From assembly GCA_045105515.1 (NCBI GenBank), contig JBGCDR010000229.1, positions 1-26,088 of the forward strand: DNA of 26,088 nt, written 5' to 3'. The notes beneath the pieces are model-generated. The model saw only the letters and a program-made list of their open reading frames with translations, ran no database searches and was not told the origin of the DNA. The stretch is from Oligoflexales bacterium. GTDB taxonomy: Bacteria > Bdellovibrionota_B > Oligoflexia > Oligoflexales > Bog-1112. Both the position numbers and the translations under genes were made by a program. The first letter of the stretch is position 1; every line of letters starts with the position of its first letter. Shown here piece after piece: positions 18,362-26,088 of this stretch.

Positions 18362-19128
18362 TCCTCTGTCCCCTTCTTCATGTTCTCTATAGGTTTGTCT
18401 GAAGATTGTCCCAAATTTAAGCGATAACCCTTACCTCTAATACTACAAAGATATTTAGGATTTGCTGGGTCTTCTTCAAGAAATCTTCGAATACGAAGAA
18501 TGAAATTGTCTACAGTTCGAGTTTCAATATTCCCAGGTAAGCCCCAAACTTTGTTAAGTAGATGTTTACGAGAAAGGGTTTGTTCTGGGTTCGACAGGAA
18601 TTCATCCAGCACATCAGCTTCTAGAACTGTGAGTTCAAAACTACCTTGGGGACTTTTCAAGCTTAGGTTTGCTTTATCGAGCTCAAAGGGCCCTGAGCTA
18701 ACTAAAAAGTTCTTATTGCTTGATTGAGGAAGTTCTCGGTACATTCTCGCTCTTTCAGCCATTCTCTTGACTCGTAGAACAAGCTCCTCAAGTAGGAATG
18801 GCTTTGTCAGGTAGTCATCTACGCCAATTGAGAGACCTTTAACTCGGTCCTCGTCTCCTGCGCGTGCGGTAAGCATCAGAATTCCTGTGGTGTTGTCTTT
18901 TTTACGTATTGTTCTAGCAACTTCGAAGCCGTCTATTTCGGGGATCATAACGTCCAATATTATCGCTGAAAAAGGACCTTGGTTTCTATAATGTTCAAGA
19001 GCAATTTCCCCATCATTTGCAGTAAATACCTTAAAACCTTCAGCCGACAGATTTAGCTCTAAATTAAAAGCTAGGTTTTTCTCATCTTCTACGAGAAGAA
19101 TCTTTTGTTGCGTTTCTTCCATGAACAT
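18358..19128 (-). CDS. OmpR/PhoB-family response regulator
   Basis: ILLVEDE, IILDVMIPEIDG, MLTAR, DDYLTKPF; winged-helix VWG…TRTVDNFILRIR…RGKGY. Confidence 0.93.
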   Translation of the reverse strand: MFMEETQQKILLVEDEKNLAFNLELNLSAEGFKVFTANDGEIALEHYRNQGPFSAIILDVMIPEIDGFEVARTIRKKDNTTGILMLTARAGDEDRVKGLSIGVDDYLTKPFLLEELVLRVKRMAERARMYRELPQSSNKNFLVSSGPFELDKANLSLKSPQGSFELTVLEADVLDEFLSNPEQTLSRKHLLNKVWGLPGNIETRTVDNFILRIRRFLEEDPANPKYLCSIRGKGYRLNLGQSSDKPIENMKKGTED

Positions 19129-19137
19129 TTGTCCTGC

Positions 19138-20121
19138 TTAAGTGACTGGAAATGACAAATAAAATGTGGAACCCTTGTCTTTTCCAGGGCTTTCAGCCCA
19201 AGTATGACCTCCCATGGTCTTAGCAAGGGATTTAACAATAAATAATCCTAGACCTGTTCCTGGTATTGCTTTCTTTTGGGTTATTGAGGCTCGATGAAAC
19301 ATTCGGAAGATGCGTTTTTTGTCTGCAGGTGTGAGACCAAATCCATCATCTTTTACCGCAACGGTAATCATACCCTCTTTTGAGGTAACTAGTATTTTTA
19401 TTGGTCCTCCTTTTGGGGAGTATTTGATAGCATTTTCAACCAAATTAGAGATGATAAGGCGCATGACTGGTATAGGAACATGAACTTCAAGCTCAGGAGG
19501 GCACATGATCTCCAGTCTTTTTTCGATCTCTGGGTCTAACCAATGAGCTCTAAGAGCTGTTGTTTTGATAAACTCCCTGAGCCGTAGATGTTCCGCTTCT
19601 TCTGAAAAACCCCTGATGCCACGGTCAAGCCTCGAGGATACGAGTATCTGATCAACAAGTCGCGTCAAGCGCTCGATATCTTCCATAGCCATCTCTAGCA
19701 TTTTGTTGCGGGTTTTATCATCAATTTGGCGGGTTTTCATAGTTTCGAATGTAAGTTGAAGGCTGGCCAGAGGTGAGCGAAGCTCGTGAGTTACAGATGA
19801 AAGGAAGCTCTTTTGTTGGCTCATGAGGTGACTTTGCTTTTGGCTGGTTACAAACAGCATAACGGTTCCGACCAGTAGCATACCAAGAAGGATGCAACCA
19901 ACGATAAGAATAATTAATGCATAATGGTTGTTCAGATATGATGATCCTACGGTTTCAGCAATTTTAGCGATTTCTTGGATTGATTCTAAAAACCAAAAAA
20001 CCCACATCAAAGTGATTGCAAGCCAGATGACTTGCAAAGTTACAAAAACGACGACGGGATGTACCATCCATTTGAGTATGGAATAAAGAGTATTGAACTT
20101 CCTATGATGATTGGCTTTCAC
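19138..20121 (-). CDS. two-TM sensor histidine kinase (HisKA + HATPase_c)
   Basis: THELRSPL H-box, NLVENAIKYS, DDGFG, GTGLGL; two N-terminal hydrophobic helices; GAGGA RBS before GTG. Confidence 0.93.
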   Translation of the reverse strand: MKANHHRKFNTLYSILKWMVHPVVVFVTLQVIWLAITLMWVFWFLESIQEIAKIAETVGSSYLNNHYALIILIVGCILLGMLLVGTVMLFVTSQKQSHLMSQQKSFLSSVTHELRSPLASLQLTFETMKTRQIDDKTRNKMLEMAMEDIERLTRLVDQILVSSRLDRGIRGFSEEAEHLRLREFIKTTALRAHWLDPEIEKRLEIMCPPELEVHVPIPVMRLIISNLVENAIKYSPKGGPIKILVTSKEGMITVAVKDDGFGLTPADKKRIFRMFHRASITQKKAIPGTGLGLFIVKSLAKTMGGHTWAESPGKDKGSTFYLSFPVT

Positions 20122-20270
20122 TTTAAATTCCTCAGATTAGCTGGGATTCTGGTAAGTTTATAAAGATCCCCGAACTGGTTTTCAGGTGGCGCCCTGCTTT
20201 TCCGGAGAATATCAAGCAGTAATTGAATTCCCTGCCCAGCCTGGGCATCATACCAGAACAGATTCGACAT
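20118..20270 (-). CDS. possible 50-aa small protein upstream of the sensor kinase
   Basis: ATG 20270: MSNLFWYDAQAGQGIQLLLDILRKSRAPPENQFGDLYKLTRIPANLRNLK*; its TGA overlaps the kinase GTG (GTGA). Weak RBS, no recognised motif. Confidence 0.25.
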   Translation of the reverse strand: MSNLFWYDAQAGQGIQLLLDILRKSRAPPENQFGDLYKLTRIPANLRNLK

Positions 20271-20356
20271 GGCATCCAGGCATCATCTTAATTTAAGGCA
20301 TGGTTGTGGGGTAGCTAAGATTGTTTTGTTAAAAAAAGAGATTTATTCTCTGTCAC

Positions 20357-20989
20357 TTAATGAAAGACGGATAGAGCCACATTTTTGCTCTGTAAATCCA
20401 TCCTAATAGAGAGCGCTGTATTCAACATAGTGTTCAGATTATGGGAGCCAAGTAGCAGAAAGTACTCTTGGCTTTCTGCTTCAAGCATCATTTTCTTGAG
20501 GACATTTTTTAACAGCGCATGGGAATTTTGTGAGCTGAGGAGATCGGGAGAAAGGTAGAACCCAAGGTGAGTAGGAGACCACGAATTTATGGTCTTGAGC
20601 AATTGGCTAATCCATTGGACTTCTTCGCCATCAGACTCAGGAGGTGGAAGGAGATAAATGAATCTCGGGAGCTGTGTTCTTGAGTCACTCAGCATAATTG
20701 GGCCATCGTCATTTATACCGTTTTTTGCTGCTTGATCAAAAATTTCCTGAATATGGTCTACATCAAGCAAATTATGTGGATGTAGCTCTCCTTTTCTACA
20801 TAGCCCCACCCAGAAATAGCATCCTGTGTCTTTCTCACTTGAAACTAGCTTTATACTGATTTCTTTAGCTGGAATGTCAAGGTTAGGGTCTTTCGATTCC
20901 TGGTTTTTGTTGGGCTGAGGTGATATCCATTGTTGGTTTGGGTCGATTACCTTCTTGGATTTTTCTGCTTGAGACGGGCTTTCTGCCAT
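20357..20989 (-). CDS. hypothetical protein
   Basis: 210-aa ORF with GAGGG RBS, 34 nt after nusB on the same strand; low-complexity N-terminus; no motif recognised. Confidence 0.75.
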   Translation of the reverse strand: MAESPSQAEKSKKVIDPNQQWISPQPNKNQESKDPNLDIPAKEISIKLVSSEKDTGCYFWVGLCRKGELHPHNLLDVDHIQEIFDQAAKNGINDDGPIMLSDSRTQLPRFIYLLPPPESDGEEVQWISQLLKTINSWSPTHLGFYLSPDLLSSQNSHALLKNVLKKMMLEAESQEYFLLLGSHNLNTMLNTALSIRMDLQSKNVALSVFH

Positions 20990-21023
20990 GGCTTTCCCTC
21001 ATATGAGTGAGAGTTGAAAAAGC

Positions 21024-21434
21024 CTAACGAAGTCCTTTTGCAACAGAGTCAAGAATTCCGTTTACGAATTTACTAGAATTCTCAGTTCCGTATACTTTTG
21101 CGAGTTCGATAGCCTCGTTTAAGATTACCTTAACTGGTTCTGTGCTGGCAAGTAGCTCATAGGTTGCAAGCCGCAAAACACAGCGATCCATAGCTGCCAT
21201 TCTTTGAAGAGGCCATTTTTCAGAACTTTTTGCAATGATGGTGTCAATTCGCTCAAGTTCACTAAAAGTACCTTGGCAGTATTCATGACAATTCTTGGCT
21301 ATAGAGCTAGTTACACTGAAGTGTCGACAAAAGCTAGAAAAGTGTGGATTTGAGAAATAGTACAACTTCTCCGCTTCACATTGATAAAGAAATCTAATTG
21401 CTGCTTCTCTGGCCTCGCGCTTTTGGTGACTCAC
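21024..21434 (-). CDS. nusB: transcription antitermination factor NusB
   Basis: REAREAAIRFLY, W..RMAAMDRCVLRLATYEL, VILNEAIELAKVYG…KFVNGILD; 4-bp overlap with ribH. Confidence 0.95.
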   Translation of the reverse strand: MSHQKREAREAAIRFLYQCEAEKLYYFSNPHFSSFCRHFSVTSSIAKNCHEYCQGTFSELERIDTIIAKSSEKWPLQRMAAMDRCVLRLATYELLASTEPVKVILNEAIELAKVYGTENSSKFVNGILDSVAKGLR

Positions 21435-21919
21435 CTGTTCTCATTTCCTTCCCAATGCGAAAAATTTTTTAGCATTGTTATCGCTGCTTGCGCAGCATCA
21501 ATGCCCTTGTTTTCAACGACCTGCTTAATGCCAAGAGGATCCGACTGTGTGCTTGGCCTTAGGCCTGCTCGTGCTAAAGCTTGTTCACCGGTTTCAGTTG
21601 TTAACACCCCGAATATCACTGGCTTTTCGGTTTCCAGACCAATCTGCATGAGACCTCTAGCAGCTTCTTGGCAAACATAGTCAAAGTGAGGAGTCTCCCC
21701 TCTAATGACACATCCTAGGCAAATTACTGCATCCCAGCGTTTAGATCTGGCTCCCTTAGCAGCCATTAGGGGTAATTCAAAGGCTCCGGGAACGTGAACC
21801 ACTTGGAGTTGGCTTTCTTTGAGGGAAGCTTTATATAAAGTTTCGAGGCATGCCTCAAGCAGAGAATGAGTAACTTGCTGATTAAAGTCGCTTACAACGA
21901 TAAGAATACGATGTTTCAC
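21431..21919 (-). CDS. ribH: 6,7-dimethyl-8-ribityllumazine synthase
   Basis: VPGAFELP, LGCVIRGETPHFDYV, PVIFGVLT, NKG. Confidence 0.96.
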   Translation of the reverse strand: MKHRILIVVSDFNQQVTHSLLEACLETLYKASLKESQLQVVHVPGAFELPLMAAKGARSKRWDAVICLGCVIRGETPHFDYVCQEAARGLMQIGLETEKPVIFGVLTTETGEQALARAGLRPSTQSDPLGIKQVVENKGIDAAQAAITMLKNFSHWEGNENR

Positions 21920-23040
21920 TTAATTACCTCCATTGACTCGATCTCAAGTCCAAAACCTTTCAATGCTTTTAATGAGCGTTCTGAGCTGACGTGGAGGCGC
22001 ATTTTATTGATCCCCAATGATTTTAGGATCTGAGCACCTAAACCAAAGAGCCTCGGGTCCATCACTGACTGCTTTCGAGTTAGCTTATCAAGTAGAGCTT
22101 GGCTAGGAGACTCTTGCATCAGATATAAAACACAGGCATGATTTTTTTCATTAAGCATATCAAGGCTATACCTCACTAACCTTCTGTGCGAGTCTGAGTC
22201 AGCAGGCCCGTATTCCATATCAAAAACATCGCTTAGTGGTTTTTGTTTATGAACTCTTACATCCACACAGTGTTCGGAGTGCTTGGTTCCTTTGAGTAAG
22301 GCAAAATGTACTGATTCATCAACAAGGTTCTTAAACCAGATACCCTCAAACTCTCCAGTTTGGGTCCTGACAGGTCTTCTACCTACTTCTTCAACGAGAG
22401 TATCCTTTAATAATCTAAAAATAATGAGATCTTCGATGCTAACGATGGGTAATTTGAACTTTTGGGCAAACTCCTCCAGATCTGGGAGTCTCGCCATTGT
22501 TCCGTCATCCTTCATGATCTCGCAAATAACTGAGGATGGTTTTTTGCCAGCTAGTCTGGCTAAATCCACTGAACCTTCGGTGTGTCCGGTTCTTTCGAGA
22601 ACACCACCCACTTTTGCTTTCAAGGGAAAGATGTGTCCAGGGACCACAATATCTTGGGGGCCAGAATCACTATCAATGGCAACCTTGATTGTCTGGGCAC
22701 GGTCAGCAGCTGATATCCCGGTGGTGACTCCCTCCTTTGCTTCTATACTCACTGTAAAAGCTGTTTGCATTGGAGTTCGAGTTTTGCTGTGATCTCCCAT
22801 GAGGGGAAGCTGTAGTTTGTCGATCATACTTGGTGCCATTGTAAGACATATCAAACCTCTGGCTTCTTTTGCCATAAAATTGATTTTCTCGGGACAAACG
22901 TCACTTGCGGCAAAGATCAAATCACCTTCGTTTTCTCGGTCCTCGTCATCGGTCATTATGACCATTCCACCCGATTGGATTGCCTCTATTGCTACTAATA
23001 CTCGGTGAATTGCTTTTTCCTGCTGCTCCGTAGTTTCCAC
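21916..23040 (-). CDS. ribB: DHBP synthase RibB fused to a degenerate GTP cyclohydrolase II domain (RibBX-type)
   Basis: [49 protein letters not shown]-terminal domain reads [13 protein letters not shown] and lacks the GCHII Cys ligands. AGGAG RBS. Confidence 0.92.
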   Translation of the reverse strand: METTEQQEKAIHRVLVAIEAIQSGGMVIMTDDEDRENEGDLIFAASDVCPEKINFMAKEARGLICLTMAPSMIDKLQLPLMGDHSKTRTPMQTAFTVSIEAKEGVTTGISAADRAQTIKVAIDSDSGPQDIVVPGHIFPLKAKVGGVLERTGHTEGSVDLARLAGKKPSSVICEIMKDDGTMARLPDLEEFAQKFKLPIVSIEDLIIFRLLKDTLVEEVGRRPVRTQTGEFEGIWFKNLVDESVHFALLKGTKHSEHCVDVRVHKQKPLSDVFDMEYGPADSDSHRRLVRYSLDMLNEKNHACVLYLMQESPSQALLDKLTRKQSVMDPRLFGLGAQILKSLGINKMRLHVSSERSLKALKGFGLEIESMEVIK

Positions 23041-23107
23041 GATCTAGCTTACTCCTAATCCTGATCTAGCAATGGGAGCTTTCTCCCCCTTTGATGAGAA
23101 TTTGTAG

Positions 23108-23137
23108 AAGATAACAAGGTGAGAGGGTCTTTGACAA
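23108..23137 (-). promoter_or_regulatory. putative sigma70 promoter of the rib-nusB operon
   Basis: Minus strand TTGTCA-N18-TATCTT with TG extended -10, about 70 nt upstream of the ribB start. Confidence 0.4.
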
Positions 23138-23301
23138 GGCGCATCTTGTTTAGGCGCTAAGAGTTTCAATATATTGAATGATTCGAAATATTTAGTGAAT
23201 TTTAGAATTTTCTGTTTATTGAAGGGAGTTGAACATATTAGGTTTGTTTCAGAATCTTTGTTAGCATTGAGCTATCTAATTTAACAGGTAAAGGTTGGCT
23301 G

Positions 23302-23592
23302 ATGTTATTTAAAGATCTAGATAGCTCTATTCATCATGTACTCTTAATGTCTGCGATCTTGATTCTTGCTATAGCATCATTTCGCGGTAAAACTAGTCTG
23401 CTAGACTATTTTGATCTTAAAGAAAGCTCATTAGTGCTAAAAGATGCATTGAATGATATAGAACTTGATATTTATAACTTACGCCTTGAAATTAAGCGTA
23501 TTAGGGAATCTCCAAGTTATGCTCAAAAAGTTCTAAGGGATAAATACCATATCACAGAGGACGGGGAGTCTATCATTTTTTTTGCTGATTAA
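23302..23592 (+). CDS. septum formation initiator family protein (FtsB/DivIC-like)
   Basis: 96 aa: one TM helix ending near G..SL, a coiled-coil, then ESPSYAQKVLRDKYHITEDGESIIF. Confidence 0.72.
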   Translation: MLFKDLDSSIHHVLLMSAILILAIASFRGKTSLLDYFDLKESSLVLKDALNDIELDIYNLRLEIKRIRESPSYAQKVLRDKYHITEDGESIIFFAD

Positions 23593-23708
23593 TAATCTGC
23601 CCATAAATTTAATATCTTAGATCCTCTTTTCTGGGTCTTCATCAATTTCACCTACATATGAGCCGATGCCACCTCTGAAACACTGTTTTATTACTCAAAC
23701 AAACGGGT

Positions 23709-25964
23709 GTGACAATCGAGGCGGCAATTAAACCACAGATTGAAGGCTACTTGGTAGGCGAGTGTTTGTCTGAGTCGGCAAAAACTCGTGTGTATGCCTG
23801 TGTGCGCATTGAAGTTGACCAACCTCTTGTACTAAAAGTTCTAAACTACTCGCACCCTTCACCCTCGGCAATTGCTCGGTTCAAATATGAGTATGAAATA
23901 GCAAAGAAATTTTCGTCTCAATATGTGGTTAAAGCATTTGATATGGTTGAAATAGTCCACAGTTTTGGCTTTTTCATGGAGCATGGACCCCCTTGCCTTG
24001 CGAGCCAATTTAAAGAACCTTTGCAGTTAAAAGATTTTTTAGAATTGGCAATTGGTTGTGTCGAAGCTTTAGATCATGTGCATCAGCAACAAATTGTTCA
24101 TAAAGATATAAATCCAAGCAATGTTTTGTGGGATCCTGTCCAAAAGATTGCGAAAATCATCGACTTTGGAATCTCATCACAGCTATCTCACGAAAAAATA
24201 GAAAATAAGAACACCCATGCACTTGAAGGTTCGCTGCCTTATCTGTCACCTGAGCAGACGGGAAGGCTCAATCGTGATCTTGATTATAGAAGTGACTATT
24301 ATTCACTTGGTATTTCACTTTATAAGATGTTAACAGGAAGTACACCATTTAGTGCAAATGGGGTGCTTAAATGGATTCATCATCACATTACTAAAACTCC
24401 TCCAAATCCAAGAGAAATAAGACCAGAAATCCCCGGGATTTTGGCAGAAATCATTCTTAAGCTTATAGAAAAAGATGCAAGTGGACGTTATCAAAGTAAG
24501 GCAACACTTTTGTCTGATCTAAAAAATTGTCAGGATCAGTGGTTAAAAGAAGGTAAAATAAATCATTTTGATATAGCTCAAAATGATGTCTCTCAAAAGT
24601 TCTACGTACCCACCAATCTTTACGGGCGTGAAGAAGAAATAAGAGTTTTGGATAGCAACTTGAGCAAGGTTATGAATGGTCAGCAACGTCTAGTAGTTGT
24701 TGTAGGATATTCAGGTGTAGGAAAAACTGCCTTAATTCGGGAATTGCAAGGCTCGATCCTCAATCGCGGAGGATATTTCGTTGAAGGAAAATATGAGAGT
24801 TTAAAGAGAAATATACCTTTCTACGGGTTTGCACAAGCAGTAGATAACATTATAAAGCTAGTATTAAGTGATTCTGAGGAAAAAATATTAAAAATCAAAA
24901 CAAAATTGAATTCTGAATTAAAAAGCTCTTTTCCAATTTTAGTTGACTTAATACCTAATCTAAAAGAATTGCTTTCTATCGAAACAGATTTTGTTGATCA
25001 AGAACAAATAGATAAAAATCGCTTTTATCTGATTTTTAATAAATTGATTTCTATCATCGCTTCTAGTGATTGTCCTTTAGTAATTTTCTTAGATGACCTG
25101 CAGTGGGCTGACTCTGCGACACTGGATATGCTGGCTGAGTGGTATTCCAATAGTAGCAATCTCAAAAAGGTCTTGATGGTATGTTCTTACCGCGAAAATG
25201 AAATTAAAACCGGTAGCAACTTACATGAATTTCTTGGATCTTTAGAACTCAGTGAAAATGTACAAAAGCTAAGTATAGGTCCTTTGGGGTTACCAAATGT
25301 GAGGAGCGTAATAGCAAAAACTCTTACCAGAACTGATGAAGAAGTCAATGATATATCCACGATTGTATATGAAAAAACAAAAGGTAACCCTTTCTTCATC
25401 AAAAAGATGCTTTACTATTTTTATGAAAAAAATTACATATGGTTTGACCAAGAAAATGGTAACTGGAGTTGGGATCTCAAAAAACTGGAAAATGCTGAAG
25501 TTAGTAATAATGTTGTAGATTTTTTGATTGAAAATTTTCAATCACTTAATAAAAATACTCTGAGAATGCTAACTTTAGCTGCTAGTATTGGTGATAATTT
25601 TGATTTTTCTATACTTTTCAAAATCACCGATTTTCCAAAAAAAGAAATATTTGATTGCCTATGGGAGGCAATGGTAAATAAGCTGATTTTTCCTTTGGAT
25701 GCGGAATATAAATATATTAAATTAAATAACATAGGTAATGCTGATTCAATAAAAAAGGTAAAGTTCAAGTTTCAACATGACAAAGTCCACGAAGCTTCTT
25801 ATGCCCTTTTGAATACAGATTCTAAAATGAAAATTCACCTCGACATTGCTCGTATACTTTATAAGAACAATAAAAATATTTTATCAAAAGATAGCTTAGG
25901 TGAAATTACAAAACACTACAACTTAGCAATCAATCTAATTGATTCTAAATTGGCGGATTGCTAG
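23709..25964 (+). pseudogene. Ser/Thr kinase + AAA ATPase multidomain signalling protein, apparently truncated by IS insertion
   Basis: Kinase LVLKVL, HKDINPSN, DFG, YLSPEQTGR; Walker A GYSGVGKT; Walker B FLDDLQWAD; TKGNPFF; FQHDKV. The stop lies inside the putative IS30 left end; family members usually continue for many hundreds of residues. Confidence 0.8.
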
Positions 25965-26088
25965 ATTAAGTGCAGAAGAAAAAATTCCATCGCTTCGGAA
26001 GGCGGATTTAGTTTAGTCTATGAGGCTAATCTGCTTGCAAGAAAGGGGTATTTATGTCTGCCAATCTCACTTATGAGCAAAGGTATGA
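25952..26088 (+). mobile_element. left end of an IS30-family insertion sequence (partial)
   Basis: Begins GGCGGATTGCTAGATTAAGTGCAGAA, resembling from memory the GGCG…AAGTGCA ends of IS1086-like IS30 elements; followed by an RBS and a transposase-like start. Right end is outside the window. Confidence 0.7.
26054..26088 (+). CDS. N-terminus of a probable IS30-family transposase (partial)
   Basis: AAAGGGG RBS then MSANLTYEQRY, fitting the LT.E.R start of the IS30 N-terminal HTH; only 11 codons visible. Confidence 0.62.
   Translation, partial: MSANLTYEQRY

Noticed and set aside
20130..20275. c-di-AMP (ydaO) riboswitch or 6S RNA call
   Set aside because: Only fragments match (GAATCCCAGCTAA; GGCGCCACCTG); the GGGGGAACC core and the long 6S terminal stem are missing, and the gene context is atypical.
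23041..23301. FMN riboswitch upstream of ribB
   Set aside because: No RFN consensus (GGGGTGAAATTCCC…AGTCCGGATG) and the predicted leader is too short.
22283..25768. Nested ORFs within ribB and the kinase gene
   Set aside because: Shadow ORFs of motif-supported genes.

Overview
Mostly core bacterial chromosome, about 40% GC by eye, using the standard code (TGA ends yidC, yidD, rnpA, ribH and others). Gene content suggests a Gram-negative, possibly Bdellovibrionota/Oligoflexia-like organism; this is inference only. Left: the rpmH-rnpA-yidD-yidC-jag-mnmE operon on the minus strand. rpmH (4743-4892) was missed by the ORF track, and alr rather than dnaA sits divergent from it. Middle: VOC and HEAT-like genes, glmS, pcrA/uvrD, a TauE/SafE transporter, a GT-C-like polytopic membrane gene broken by one in-frame TGA, an acyltransferase, a GmhB with a long N-terminal extension and a CxxC redoxin. 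Right: minus-strand ribBX-ribH-nusB-hypothetical, then sensor kinase-response regulator-dapF; an FtsB/DivIC-like gene; and a Ser/Thr kinase-AAA gene apparently cut off by an IS30-family element whose left end and transposase start lie at the window edge. No CRISPR, rRNA or canonical tRNA seen. I cannot support a wholly new system. Best leads: the small membrane-embedded sensor kinase operon coupled to dapF with its GC-rich, motif-dense upstream spacer; the hairpin cluster upstream of glmS; the TGA-split membrane gene; and the IS30 insertion.
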